Shown: piece after piece, positions 9,400 to 19,852 of the stretch
Position numbering within the stretch: position 1 is the stretch's first letter
Layout: every line of letters starts with the position of its first letter
NCBI GenBank assembly: GCA_965208905.1
Contig: OZ242365.1
Coordinates: 2,048,001 to 2,112,000 of the forward strand
Source: Nitrosopumilaceae archaeon
Lineage (GTDB): Archaea > Thermoproteota > Nitrososphaeria > Nitrososphaerales > Nitrosopumilaceae
Direction of reading: 5' to 3'
DNA length: 64,000 nt
The notes under the pieces: model-generated
Seen by the model: the letters and a program-made list of their open reading frames with translations, nothing else
Database searches by the model: none
Told to the model about the DNA's origin: nothing
Program-made: the position numbers and the translations under genes

Positions 9400-10263
9400 C
9401 TATGGATTTGTAGGGATTGTGATAAATGGAGTAGCGCCTTCACCCACCACTAGTGGCAGCTTACCATCCCATGCTTGTGTCTTTAGCCACTCCAAATAGT
9501 TTGGATTTTGCGCCAAAGCATCATTTATAATTCGGATTGCTTCTGCTTCACCGTTAGCTTTTGCAATATTTGCACTGGCCTCACCCTGAGCTTGTTGTTC
9601 TATCTGACGTGCCTCTACCTCTATACGAATTAAGTCATTTTCAGCCTTTAGCGCTTTTTGTTCAGCTTCTACTTTTGCTTCTATGGCAGCTGCAAAGAGG
9701 TTAGAGAATTGAAAGTCGGTTATGGATATGACCTCTGTAATTATGTTAAAGTCGTTAAGACGATTTGTAATTTCACGTTCGATGTCGGACTTTACATCTG
9801 GCCGTTTAGTGATGAGTTCTTCAGCATTATAGTTGGCAGTAACTTGTTTGACTACCTCCTCTACTGCAGGTTGTATTATACGATCCTCATAATCTAGTCC
9901 CACGGATTGATATAGTCTATGTACGCTGTTTGGTGCAGGGTGATAGTTAACAGTCACTGTAGTGGAGACAGTTTGGAGGTCTTTTGATGCAGATGTAGTG
10001 GACTTTACATATTTCAAAGTTCTAATCTCCATCTGTACGACACTATCCGCAAACGGCGTTACAAAATGCAACCCCTCATCTAATGGCGGTACTGTGGTAT
10101 CTACGGCGTTCCAGTGTAACAACACACCTCTATGTCCAGCATCAACTATTTGAACAGCAGAGTAAGCTACAACACCTATGACCAACAAAGCTATGATCCC
10201 AATGGCCACACCGCGTGCAGCTCCACGATTTACAGAGACACCAGGCGATTGATACCGTGACAT
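9400..10263 (-). CDS. Prohibitin/SPFH (band 7) family protein
   Basis: N-terminal TM helix, IVDAGHRGV, ASKDLQTV, AAIEAKVEAEQ, WDGKLP. Confidence 0.92.
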   Translation of the reverse strand: MSRYQSPGVSVNRGAARGVAIGIIALLVIGVVAYSAVQIVDAGHRGVLLHWNAVDTTVPPLDEGLHFVTPFADSVVQMEIRTLKYVKSTTSASKDLQTVSTTVTVNYHPAPNSVHRLYQSVGLDYEDRIIQPAVEEVVKQVTANYNAEELITKRPDVKSDIEREITNRLNDFNIITEVISITDFQFSNLFAAAIEAKVEAEQKALKAENDLIRIEVEARQIEQQAQGEASANIAKANGEAEAIRIINDALAQNPNYLEWLKTQAWDGKLPLVVGEGATPFITIPTNP

Positions 10264-10713
10264 GCAATATATTATACATTACTATTATAAATATGCTTAA
10301 ATTTCAAATCTTCAAAAAGTGCATTATAGATATCAACAAATCGATAAAATTTCAACCAAAAAAGTACACGATTATACAGATCATATAATCTATTGCAAGT
10401 GTTTTTTGAGAATCTGATAATACGACACATATGAATTCACATGGAGCTAAACAGATTGCATCCATAAAATCGAGTGATTATCTCAACCCATCTAAACTGT
10501 ACAGCGCGGACAACTAGAACCGACATATACAAAAAGTTTTGACCAATCTAAAAGTCCATTGTGTGTGATACAATTTCGTACTACCCATACAAGATTGCTA
10601 GAACAGCTGGGCGGACAGACTATCTTACAGATAGTGATGTATAATCATCCAAATCTGTTTGGGAGGAGTCTGGCTTAACCATACCTTTTTAATTCCGCAT
10701 CATACACTAGCGA

Positions 10714-11703
10714 TTGTTGAATAGTCTGGATGATTTTGACAAGGACCTGTTAAACGAGATACAGCAACAATTTCCTTTGGATGTACGCCCGTATCACAAA
10801 CTAGCATCCGTATTAAACGCCAAGCCTGAACTTGTTATGAGTCGCATTAAGGCGCTTAAAGAGTCTGGAATAATACGACAGCTAAGCGCCATATTTGACA
10901 CACGAAAACTAGGATACAAGAGTTCATTGGTAGCCATGGAAGTGGACCCAGACAGACTTGTAGAGGTTGCCGACACCATAAACCGCCACCCCGGTGTCAG
11001 TCACAATTATGAACGAAACCACAAGCTCAACTTATGGTTTACTATAGCCGTCCCCCCAAAACAGAGCATACAGGATGAAGTGAATCGCTTCTCTAAACTA
11101 GAGGGTGTCAAAGCAACACGCATGCTACCCACACTGCGTATGTTCAAGATTGGCGTAAAATTAGATATGAATGAGAAAAAGAAACGAGAGGTAAGACCAT
11201 CTGAGATAAAAAAAGAGATACGACAGGAACCATTTAGAGGTACTGAAGAGGATAAAGTGTTCATCAGAGAGTTACAGAAGGACCTGCCAGTTATCGAACG
11301 ACCATTCTTGGAGATGGCAGAGAATCTTAAAATGTCTGAAGACGATGTATTCTCACAGCTAAAAAATTATGAAGAGATAGGCGTAATGCGGCGCTATGCT
11401 GCCATACTGCGCCATCGTGATGCGGGATTTTTAGCTAACGGCATGATTGTATGGGAGGTACCAGATGAACTTATAGAAGATATAGGAGCGCAATTAGGCT
11501 CATTTCCCCAGGTTAGTCATTGTTATCAGCGTCCCGCATATCCAGATTGGCCATATACAGTATTCTCTATGATACACTGTCGTACACGGGACGAGGCCTC
11601 AGATATAGCAAGAATAATACAGTCTCATATCGGCATAAAACAGTATCGCATACTGTTCAGCGAACGCGAATTTAAAAAGAGTCGCGTAGAATACTTTGTA
11701 TAA
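10714..11703 (+). CDS. Siroheme decarboxylase AhbA/AhbB-type fusion (Lrp/AsnC-like, two repeats)
   Basis: Two homologous halves with PGVSHNYER and PQVSHCYQR; RPY/RPF HTH motifs; haem gene neighbourhood. Confidence 0.85.
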   Translation: MLNSLDDFDKDLLNEIQQQFPLDVRPYHKLASVLNAKPELVMSRIKALKESGIIRQLSAIFDTRKLGYKSSLVAMEVDPDRLVEVADTINRHPGVSHNYERNHKLNLWFTIAVPPKQSIQDEVNRFSKLEGVKATRMLPTLRMFKIGVKLDMNEKKKREVRPSEIKKEIRQEPFRGTEEDKVFIRELQKDLPVIERPFLEMAENLKMSEDDVFSQLKNYEEIGVMRRYAAILRHRDAGFLANGMIVWEVPDELIEDIGAQLGSFPQVSHCYQRPAYPDWPYTVFSMIHCRTRDEASDIARIIQSHIGIKQYRILFSEREFKKSRVEYFV

Positions 11704-11706
11704 CGC

Positions 11707-12699
11707 TCAAGCTATGGATGACTTTAATTTGTATGATGGCCAACTTGAATATATCTGTGATATCTCCGCCATGTCACTCTGCGATAGATATTTACCGTCG
11801 GATATCTCCGAGAACGTCTCGATCTCCGTTGAATCCACGACTGTGGGTAATACGGCGCCCACTGCATTCTGAGACAGTATAAATTTGATGGCCAACTCGG
11901 TTATGTTCCATCCATTTTCATCGGCGATGGGGCGTAACTGTTCTACTTTTTTTAGGGCAGCCATACGCCATTCGATTTTACGATCACGTCGATGATCATT
12001 CTTGGGTATCTTTGTGTCGGCAGTTATTTTACCAGTTAGTATTCCCGACGCATCTGGAACTCGAACTAGAATGCTTGAGCCCCTCTTCTCAGCCTCAGAT
12101 AAAAGTTCATTTCCTGGAGTCTGCTCCAGTATATTGTATACGGTCTGTATGGCACCAACATTTTTGTTCACCATGGCAGCCATTCCTTCATCCAGCCATC
12201 CTATGGCTGGCCCCAATGCAACTTGTAGCGTCTGTATGGTACCATCATGTATGAGTTTACTCAAGTAGTTGAATGGTTCATCACCACATATGTGATTCAT
12301 CTTGGGATTGTGTAATCCATACATCTCTATTCTGTCTGTCCGTAGTCTCTCCAAAGAGGACCTGAGAGCCTTTTTGGTAAACTCCACATCAAACCGTTGT
12401 GGTAACTCTGCATGCCCAATCTGCTCAACGCTGGAAAAATAATATCCGTATTTGGTGGATATTACAACATCATCCCGTACGCCCTCCAGAGCCTCGCCTA
12501 ACAACCTCTCACTCTTTCCTTTCCCATACATGTCGGCCGTCTCAAAGAAGTTTATTCCACAGTCGTATGCTTTTTTAATCATTCTTTTTGCTTCTGACTC
12601 GTCTATCTTTTTACCCCACCAATCCAGAGCAATAGTCCAGGCACCAAACCCTATCTCTGATATCTGTATGTCAGTGTTACCCAATCGCCTATATTTCAT
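11707..12699 (-). CDS. Aldo/keto reductase
   Basis: MKYRRLGNTD..SEIGFG, ETADMYG, ISTKYG, SLERLRTD. Confidence 0.9.
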   Translation of the reverse strand: MKYRRLGNTDIQISEIGFGAWTIALDWWGKKIDESEAKRMIKKAYDCGINFFETADMYGKGKSERLLGEALEGVRDDVVISTKYGYYFSSVEQIGHAELPQRFDVEFTKKALRSSLERLRTDRIEMYGLHNPKMNHICGDEPFNYLSKLIHDGTIQTLQVALGPAIGWLDEGMAAMVNKNVGAIQTVYNILEQTPGNELLSEAEKRGSSILVRVPDASGILTGKITADTKIPKNDHRRDRKIEWRMAALKKVEQLRPIADENGWNITELAIKFILSQNAVGAVLPTVVDSTEIETFSEISDGKYLSQSDMAEISQIYSSWPSYKLKSSIA

Positions 12700-13229
12700 G
12701 ATACTATACTCTGAAACCTATCCAGTTGCAGTTTTATTTGTTTATCATTTAGTACGGGCTGGCCACCATCACATGTAGTATCCGAGTCCAGCCAGGATTT
12801 ACACCCAGAGTACTCGCTTAGTATTGGTATGGTTATTGGGTCAATCTTGAACACCTTCAAAAAGACTGCCCTCATTGGCCTTTGAGGTTGCCATGCGTGT
12901 CGGCTCATAATATACTCTCTACTCCAGATATGAAAATCCTCTAATTGTTCTATTGTATCATCCGAGTCGACATCACATTCGTATAGTACCTGGGCATATG
13001 AGGTTATTGTATTCATATCTGGTGGCGGCCTCTTACGTTGCATATGATACAAGAATGGTTTCCTTATGTTTTGTTCAGTCTGATGCTCCCATGTGGGGTA
13101 TAGTAAAAATTTATGGGATTCAAGCAGAAAACCAGAAGCCGTCTCCATTATGCCACCTTTGCGCAGTATGGCCAACTGCTCTCCGGCCTCCAAGGCACCT
13201 ACCACAGTGGACCACTCTTTGAGCATCAT
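12696..13229 (-). CDS. DUF1802 family protein
   Basis: LKEW..VVGALEAGEQ..ILRKGGI, FLLYPTWEHQ, YSGCKSW. Confidence 0.8.
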   Translation of the reverse strand: MMLKEWSTVVGALEAGEQLAILRKGGIMETASGFLLESHKFLLYPTWEHQTEQNIRKPFLYHMQRKRPPPDMNTITSYAQVLYECDVDSDDTIEQLEDFHIWSREYIMSRHAWQPQRPMRAVFLKVFKIDPITIPILSEYSGCKSWLDSDTTCDGGQPVLNDKQIKLQLDRFQSIVS

Positions 13230-13236
13230 TGTACCA

Positions 13237-13905
13237 TCATCCTAAACTTTCCACCAGGGGAACAATATCCTGTTTAACACATACCATCATGGGTGTGTCT
13301 GACTGTACATATTTAGAGATTGCAGTTGCGCGTAAATCCATGATCAGATCCTGAAAATCAGACAGATCATCTGTCTCGAATGCCAGCATAAAGTCTTGAT
13401 CATCAAGCCCAAATGAGTATGTGGTGTTCAAGATAATGTCTGGATGTCTTCTACTAACTGCTATGTGCTCGTTCATCATGTGTTGTCTTGACTCTGATGG
13501 CAGTAGATACCACTCTCTGGTCTTTGTAAACGGATATACTACAGCATACTTTTTTGGAGTGGCATCAGTCAGAAATGACACTGTAGTGTTTCCACTACTA
13601 TATATCGACTGTCTAGTACAAGAGAGATAGTTTCGGGATGGTTCTATGTACTTCCCAAATACAGTCGAAAATAGTCTTGTGGGGACTTTTTGCAGATCCG
13701 TAACAGATTTTGCACCCACCCACAGTAAAAGATCAGACTCGGCTCTAATTCCCAGTGTGGAGTATGCCCTATACCTGACACCAGAAAGTTTCAATGCTTG
13801 TTCCACTTCTTTGGCCGATTCAGATTTTCCCATGTCGGCTATCCATCTCCATTTGGGATCTACATGATAAAACATAAATCCAAAATAATACCTTTCATCG
13901 GTCAT
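13237..13905 (-). CDS. Chlorite dismutase/coproheme decarboxylase family protein
   Basis: VYPFTKTREWYLLP...MMNEHI...TTYSFGLDDQDF. Confidence 0.88.
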   Translation of the reverse strand: MTDERYYFGFMFYHVDPKWRWIADMGKSESAKEVEQALKLSGVRYRAYSTLGIRAESDLLLWVGAKSVTDLQKVPTRLFSTVFGKYIEPSRNYLSCTRQSIYSSGNTTVSFLTDATPKKYAVVYPFTKTREWYLLPSESRQHMMNEHIAVSRRHPDIILNTTYSFGLDDQDFMLAFETDDLSDFQDLIMDLRATAISKYVQSDTPMMVCVKQDIVPLVESLG

Positions 13906-14128
13906 ACTTTTTAGCAGTCAATTTGGGTGATATATGTGATTATGGCTTTGAGAAACAAGCCGGCCTTTTGTGGCTTGGTATGTTACATGGCCATCTGCCT
14001 GGACAAGATAGATGCCGAACTAGGTGGTACGATCCCACCCTAGATGTCACCATGACAAAGACCAGATTCGTAACTGCCAAATTCATATGAAAATCGTGAC
14101 TCTCATAGCATCATTTTGATTTCGCATA

Positions 14129-14428
14129 CTAATTGTCAGTGTGGCGCTCACGTAGAGCATCATACATCTCCAAAAATTGATCCGGATCCGTCTGCCTATA
14201 CATCTTTTCAAGCGTGCGTACCTTCTGCTCTGATATCTTTTCGCCGCGAATAATCTCATGAAACTCACGTATTATCTGTGCAGGCGTCTTGTTGATATCA
14301 TAGCTGCTCAGTATACGATTTACCGAACTTTTGCACATGGCATCATATATGACATAGCGATACAGCAGATATCCGCCCAGACCAGCAGCGGCTGCCAAAA
14401 TTATTGGTATGATGAATGCGGTCGCCAT
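14129..14428 (-). CDS. Small membrane-anchored hypothetical protein
   Basis: N-terminal TM helix, 99-aa clean ORF. Confidence 0.7.
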   Translation of the reverse strand: MATAFIIPIILAAAAGLGGYLLYRYVIYDAMCKSSVNRILSSYDINKTPAQIIREFHEIIRGEKISEQKVRTLEKMYRQTDPDQFLEMYDALRERHTDN

Positions 14429-14477
14429 TATACACTTGAAAACACTCTCGATATTTCATTGTTGTCTATAATTTGTC

Positions 14478-15897
14478 GGGAATTATATACCTGGGTAGAC
14501 AAGGCTAGTTCTGGAGGGTACATGTTTATAAAGTATTATGATGTATAAAACTACATGTATCGATCTTATGGCTTCCGCGTAAACCTGACGCGCTCTCAGG
14601 CGCGTCACATATCCAAAATACGGGACTCACAGCGGTTCGTGTACAACTGGGCCGTGGAGCGGCTGCTTACTAACCCCACACTCACTACATATGACCTCTC
14701 CAGAGAGTTCACCAAGGTGAGGCGTTCCGTATCGTGGCTGCAAACAGTGGAGCGCATATACCAAAATACGGCCATCCATCAGGCCCGCACTGCTGCGGAT
14801 GTCTCGAACAAATACGGCAACGGCGAGCTGAGTTTCCGCGCCAGAAAGCGCGATAATAAAAAGGCAGTATCATGTGATGTACAGCCGCGATTTGTGGACA
14901 ACAGGCACGCGTCATTGCCGGGCCTTGGTGTTGTTGAGTTGCCTGAGGAGCAGCCATATCAATTTCCACACAACTGGCTGTATGGCTCAAGGTCTTTCCA
15001 TTTGGTGCAGGTTACACCAAAGTCGTGGGGGCACGTCAAGTCATGTGACCATATCTATCGGCTGCACATAACATATGACGTACCAGTACCCGAACGGCGC
15101 GCCAAGACCGGTGTTGTTGCCGGCATAGACAGGGGGATAACAAATCCAACGGTTGTCTGTAAGACAGACCACAACACTTCGTGTATAATATCGTATGACA
15201 CGGCAACCGCATTCCGCACGAACCGTACATGGAATGATGGTGTGCGCCGTACCATATCACACCACAACAAGCATTCTCATACAACACACAAGATGAAACG
15301 CAAACGAGAAAAGTACAATCGTGGTAATGCGAATGACCGCGAGTATGCGGAGTGGCTTCTAGCCAAGAAGATATGCGAGGGCGTGGATGTAATATATGTC
15401 GAACAGCTCAACCTTGAGGCCATGAGCAGGCGCGGTGGTAGGCACAAGAAAGGTCTGAACAGGGGAATGAGGTTTATTCGGCATTATGCAATATTGCGAA
15501 AGATCCGCACCATCGCAGAGCGGCTGGGCATCCGTGTAGTAGAGGTAAGTCCAAAGCACACAAGCCAGGAGTGCAGTGTGTGCGGCTACACAAACAAGGA
15601 GAACCGAGACGGGGAGACATTCAAGTGTCTCAAATGTGACCACGTGGCAAACGCCGACGGCAATGCGTCGGTGAATATGATTCAACGGGGGACCGGTATG
15701 AAGGTTCCCGCGGGGGAAGGAATGGCCCTCGAAAGGCGTGAAATGGGCCGGACCCGGAAGCCACCTGTTTGTGCAGTTCCGGACGCCAGACGGCGGCGTG
15801 AGAATCAAGCGTGCAATCGACCCAAAACATCAAGCGTCATGAAGCACCTGGGAATGTACGCGTATGTTACGCGTGCATACCCAGGTATATAATTCCC
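14478..15897 (+). mobile_element. TIR-bounded non-autonomous element 2 carrying tnpB; perfect 20-bp TIR, 8-bp TSD
   Basis: GGGAATTATATACCTGGGTA (14478-14497) and its exact reverse complement (15878-15897); AATTTGTC at 14470-14477 and 15898-15905. Confidence 0.95.
14555..15892 (+). CDS. tnpB: TnpB-family RNA-guided endonuclease, 445 aa
   Basis: RFVYNWA, GIDRG, YVEQL, TSQECSVCG...FKCLKC, NADGNAS; TTTATAAA box at 14525; stop codon lies inside the right TIR. Confidence 0.93.
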   Translation: MYRSYGFRVNLTRSQARHISKIRDSQRFVYNWAVERLLTNPTLTTYDLSREFTKVRRSVSWLQTVERIYQNTAIHQARTAADVSNKYGNGELSFRARKRDNKKAVSCDVQPRFVDNRHASLPGLGVVELPEEQPYQFPHNWLYGSRSFHLVQVTPKSWGHVKSCDHIYRLHITYDVPVPERRAKTGVVAGIDRGITNPTVVCKTDHNTSCIISYDTATAFRTNRTWNDGVRRTISHHNKHSHTTHKMKRKREKYNRGNANDREYAEWLLAKKICEGVDVIYVEQLNLEAMSRRGGRHKKGLNRGMRFIRHYAILRKIRTIAERLGIRVVEVSPKHTSQECSVCGYTNKENRDGETFKCLKCDHVANADGNASVNMIQRGTGMKVPAGEGMALERREMGRTRKPPVCAVPDARRRRENQACNRPKTSSVMKHLGMYAYVTRAYPGI

Positions 15898-16116
15898 AAT
15901 TTGTCTGACTTGACTCTGTCCTACACGCACAAGTCATGGGAAAACGTATTGTACCACCCTAAAAATGAGTTTGTAATGTGTCTTGGTTAATACATTTGAT
16001 AATTTGGCGCTCAAAGCATATGAGCAGCAGAGCGTACAAGATTGTGGCCTGCAGGTATTGGGATTATAGCATTGCAGATACACATGGAAAAACCAAACCT
16101 CTGTATCAATATATAA

Positions 16117-16644
16117 ATGCAAAACAACAAGATTTCATTAATGATTGTAGATTTGCACATAAACTCAAAAAATGTACTGGTGATAGGTGGCGGAGAGCAG
16201 GCAACAAAGCGAATATCCTCCATAATGGATGAGGACTGTGCAATAACTGTAGTGTCGCCAAAATTCTCTACAAGTATAATGGATATGGCAGGGGATGGTA
16301 ACATAACAATACATCAGAGGGAGGCCGATATAGCAACACTACAGGAGATGAACCCGGATATTGTAATTGTCGCCACAGACAATCACACATTGAATAGTGA
16401 TATAATGCGGGTGGCAAAAGAGATGGGAATCATGCGGTATAGTGTCAGCGATCCTCAGTGCAGCGACTATGCGCATCTGGCCATTGTAAAGTTTAGAGAT
16501 TTGGTACAGATAGCTGTATCCACCAACGGCAAGAGCCCGACCATGGCCAAACGTATTAGAAACAACATAAAAGACAACATCTCCGATATAGTAACTTTGG
16601 ATATAATAGATGGCATACGCGCCGGGAGGCTTCATACACATTGA
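16117..16644 (+). CDS. Precorrin-2 dehydrogenase/sirohydrochlorin ferrochelatase (SirC/CysG-N family)
   Basis: VLVIGGGEQA, IAVSTNGKSP; start may be 16141. Confidence 0.85.
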   Translation: MQNNKISLMIVDLHINSKNVLVIGGGEQATKRISSIMDEDCAITVVSPKFSTSIMDMAGDGNITIHQREADIATLQEMNPDIVIVATDNHTLNSDIMRVAKEMGIMRYSVSDPQCSDYAHLAIVKFRDLVQIAVSTNGKSPTMAKRIRNNIKDNISDIVTLDIIDGIRAGRLHTH

Positions 16645-17894
16645 CCCACATACTCAATGCCCGAGTAACATTCCGCACAATGCCCTTGCACATATTGGAG
16701 AGATATATCATCAAAGATCAAATGGCGGCATATACTACATTTCAGAAGTGTGGTGTAGATGAGTGTGTCATTGTACAGACATGCAACAGGGTGGAGCTCT
16801 TCTGTAAATCTTCAGAGTCAGACTACGCAAGGATAACAGAGGCGTGGGCAAAGGTTACGGATCTAAAAGAAGAAGATTTCAAAGATATCCAAACCGCCGA
16901 GGATGCAGCTGCCATGCATCATCTACTCAAACTAACTGTCGGACTAGACTCGATGGTAGTTGGTGAGGAGCAGATATTGGGTCAGATAAAAGAGTCCATA
17001 TCACATGCTCGGACTGCAAAAGCATCAGGAATTCATCTCAATACATTGTTTGACAAGGCTGCACGATTGGGTACACGAATTAGAAACTCTACGGGTATAG
17101 GAAAAGGTGGCGTGTCAGTGGGGTCTGTGGCAGTAAAACTAGCAGAAGAGAGCATTAATAATTTAAAAAATAAAAAGATACTCATAATAGGTACTGGCGA
17201 GGTGGCCACATTAGTGGCAAAGTCGTTGGTACGACGTGGGTATGACTTTTTTGCCGCTAGTCGCACATTACGAAGGGCCACAGCGTTCTGCAACAAGATG
17301 GGCGGAACTCCTGTTGAGTTTCATGGAGTGTTAAAGAACTTTAACATGTATGATGTGTTGTTTGTAGCAACCACAGCACCATTCTTTTTAGTTGCATATG
17401 ATGCTGTGACCAATCTGCCCCACAAGGATGGCGGCATGATGATACTTGATTTGTCAAACCCAAGAGCCGTAGATGAACGCATAGCACACATATCCGGAAT
17501 TAAAATGATGAATCTAGATCAAATCGGCGAGATGGTTGAACGTAACATAAGAGATCGAAATAACAAGATAAAAGACATAGAGAGAGTCATAAGCGAGGAG
17601 GTGCCATCCCTTGAAGCATCGATGCATCGCTTGGAGGCAGAACCACTAGTAAATGAGGCTTTTCGAAACATGGGGGATGTCTGTGATCGTGAACTGGCCC
17701 GGGCCCTACAGATGTTGGGAGAGGCCGATGAGCGTACCACCCGTATAATGTCAGATATGAGCAGGGCCATTCTAGAGGGCGTCGCATCAACCCCCATGAA
17801 CAACATACGCCGAGCATCCGAGCAGGGTGACAAGGAGATGTTAGAGGCAGCATCAAAGATATTCGACTATTCGGGCAGTCCCATATCTGACTGA
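16641..17894 (+). CDS. hemA: Glutamyl-tRNA reductase
   Basis: QTCNRVE, GLDSMVVGEEQILGQ, IGTGE, DLSNPR. Confidence 0.95.
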   Translation: MTHILNARVTFRTMPLHILERYIIKDQMAAYTTFQKCGVDECVIVQTCNRVELFCKSSESDYARITEAWAKVTDLKEEDFKDIQTAEDAAAMHHLLKLTVGLDSMVVGEEQILGQIKESISHARTAKASGIHLNTLFDKAARLGTRIRNSTGIGKGGVSVGSVAVKLAEESINNLKNKKILIIGTGEVATLVAKSLVRRGYDFFAASRTLRRATAFCNKMGGTPVEFHGVLKNFNMYDVLFVATTAPFFLVAYDAVTNLPHKDGGMMILDLSNPRAVDERIAHISGIKMMNLDQIGEMVERNIRDRNNKIKDIERVISEEVPSLEASMHRLEAEPLVNEAFRNMGDVCDRELARALQMLGEADERTTRIMSDMSRAILEGVASTPMNNIRRASEQGDKEMLEAASKIFDYSGSPISD

Positions 17895-18035
17895 TACGAT
17901 AATCTGATTACATACAATACTAGGTTTAACACCACCGATGTAGGCTATTATATAGATGGGATGTCTCACGCCAGAGTCTCTAGAATAACCCCTTGAAATG
18001 TCAGGGTTTTATAGACCCAACTTATACAACTACAC

Positions 18036-18962
18036 ATGATACCAATAGGTGATGTCGTTCAAGATATTACAATAGACTCACAGTCGTCTGTCCGAGACGT
18101 TATAAAACAGATGGAGAATGCAGGAGGCTTCGAGTCGGTAAATGTAGTAGATGGTCTAAACATCATGGATTCTATGATTCAAGATAAAGAGTGTCTGCGA
18201 TTTTTATCATTTGTCGGGGCTACAGTATCAACTGGACTGCGAGGAATAATACGCTCCATGATACAGAGAGGGTGGTTTGATGTTGTGATAACTACATGCG
18301 GTGCACTAGACCATGATATAGCAAGGCATTTTGCTGCATACAACCAAGGCTCCTTTACCATGGATGATGCGCAGTTGGTCAAGCAAGACATACATAGATT
18401 AGGCAATGTGCTGGTGCCCATGGACAGTTATGGCCCACTCATAGAGGAGAAGATGCAGTCATTCCTGCAGGACGAGTATGACAAGGGCGTGCGCAAGATG
18501 ACTACGGCAGATGTCTGTCGTATGATTGGCAGAAATACTGGCGAGTCGTCGTTTCTATACTGGGCAGATAAGACAGATACGACAGTAATTGTCCCGGGTA
18601 TAGTGGACGGTTCGGTGGGTAGTCAGTTGTGGATGTTTGCCGAGAGTCACCCTGACTTTCAGTTGGACATAATTGGAGATTCCAAGATACTGTCATCACG
18701 TATATTCAAGGCCAAAAAGTCGGGAGCCCTAATGGTGGGCGGAGGCATATCCAAGCACCACACATTATGGTGGAACCAATATCGGGGCGGACTCGACTAT
18801 GCGTTATATATAACAACGGCCAATGAGTTTGATGGGAGTCTGAGTGGAGCGCATGTGCGTGAAGCCATATCCTGGGGCAAAGTTACAAACAACGCGCGCC
18901 AGGCGACGCTACATGCAGAAGCCACCATAATACTTCCGTTTTTGTATGCGGCACTCATTTAG
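18036..18962 (+). CDS. dys: Deoxyhypusine synthase
   Basis: GGGISKHH, DGSLSGAHVREAISWGK. Confidence 0.95.
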   Translation: MIPIGDVVQDITIDSQSSVRDVIKQMENAGGFESVNVVDGLNIMDSMIQDKECLRFLSFVGATVSTGLRGIIRSMIQRGWFDVVITTCGALDHDIARHFAAYNQGSFTMDDAQLVKQDIHRLGNVLVPMDSYGPLIEEKMQSFLQDEYDKGVRKMTTADVCRMIGRNTGESSFLYWADKTDTTVIVPGIVDGSVGSQLWMFAESHPDFQLDIIGDSKILSSRIFKAKKSGALMVGGGISKHHTLWWNQYRGGLDYALYITTANEFDGSLSGAHVREAISWGKVTNNARQATLHAEATIILPFLYAALI

Positions 18963-19192
18963 CCGCAGTCTAGTATCTCTAGTGCGCCACCACACTGAAC
19001 ATTATACGTATCTATACGTTCCAGTAATATCTCACATGTTTCAGGGTCTGTATCCAGTAGATACTGCTCAATGTCGTATAATAACGCTTGATGGTCTACC
19101 CAACATGAGGGCATCAGTACAACAACACTAATGGCTATGGTGGCCACCAATGCCAATATTAGTCCCCTATGAACTGGCTTTTTGGATGTCAA
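18959..19192 (-). CDS. Small membrane-anchored hypothetical protein
   Basis: TM helix plus 4 Cys; overlaps the 3' end of alba. Confidence 0.6.
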   Translation of the reverse strand: MTSKKPVHRGLILALVATIAISVVVLMPSCWVDHQALLYDIEQYLLDTDPETCEILLERIDTYNVQCGGALEILDCG

Positions 19193-19544
19193 TTTCTATA
19201 GTGGATATACTGCGGTTTTTGCCATCTGACGACTCCATGGAGTTGGACGATATACGAACGTCATCTATAGAGTATCCGACGGCATTCAATCTTTTAGATA
19301 TGGTAAGGGCCACATCAACGGCCTGTTTTATCCGGTGACCTCTGGCTTTTAGTGTTACAACAGGTGTTGACTTTATCTGTGTCAGTGTGGCGTTTACATA
19401 GGTCATAATGGGCTTGCCACCCACAAATATGGTGTCGTGTTCTTGTTTTGTATCATCTTCAGAGGCATCTAACTGTATATCCTCATCAGTCTCCACATAG
19501 GACTCAACCACAGTCTCTTCAGTCATCAAGTATCTATTCTGCAA
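19167..19544 (-). CDS. albA: Alba DNA/RNA-binding protein with acidic N-terminal extension
   Basis: IFVGGKPIMTYV, LKARG..IKQAVDVA, ISTIEI. Confidence 0.88.
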   Translation of the reverse strand: MQNRYLMTEETVVESYVETDEDIQLDASEDDTKQEHDTIFVGGKPIMTYVNATLTQIKSTPVVTLKARGHRIKQAVDVALTISKRLNAVGYSIDDVRISSNSMESSDGKNRSISTIEIDIQKASS

Positions 19545-19852
19545 TGGCTTATTAAATTATGGTGATAAATTCTGTCCTGCAAGTTTGGGTGATGGGTGGT
19601 ACGATACATTATGAATTACTATACATAATGAATGGGGTTGGATATGACCTAATACTGTATTGTATCAGAGAGGAATAGTAGAGCAATAACACGCTCACAC
19701 TGATGCATGTATAATCATGTCGCAATGTGCATTGGAGGGGGTTGAGTATACACCCAACAACACATTCTTTCTTATATATCATGTCCTGTAATCATCATTA
19801 TGATGATATTCTGGGAACATTCTGCTGTATTGACCATCCTTAGGGGTGACTC

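Noticed and set aside
1469-15897. Cas12f/Cas14 CRISPR system interpretation of the TnpB-like genes
   Set aside because: No repeat-spacer array or cas1/cas2 seen anywhere in the window; the genes are bounded by TIRs instead.
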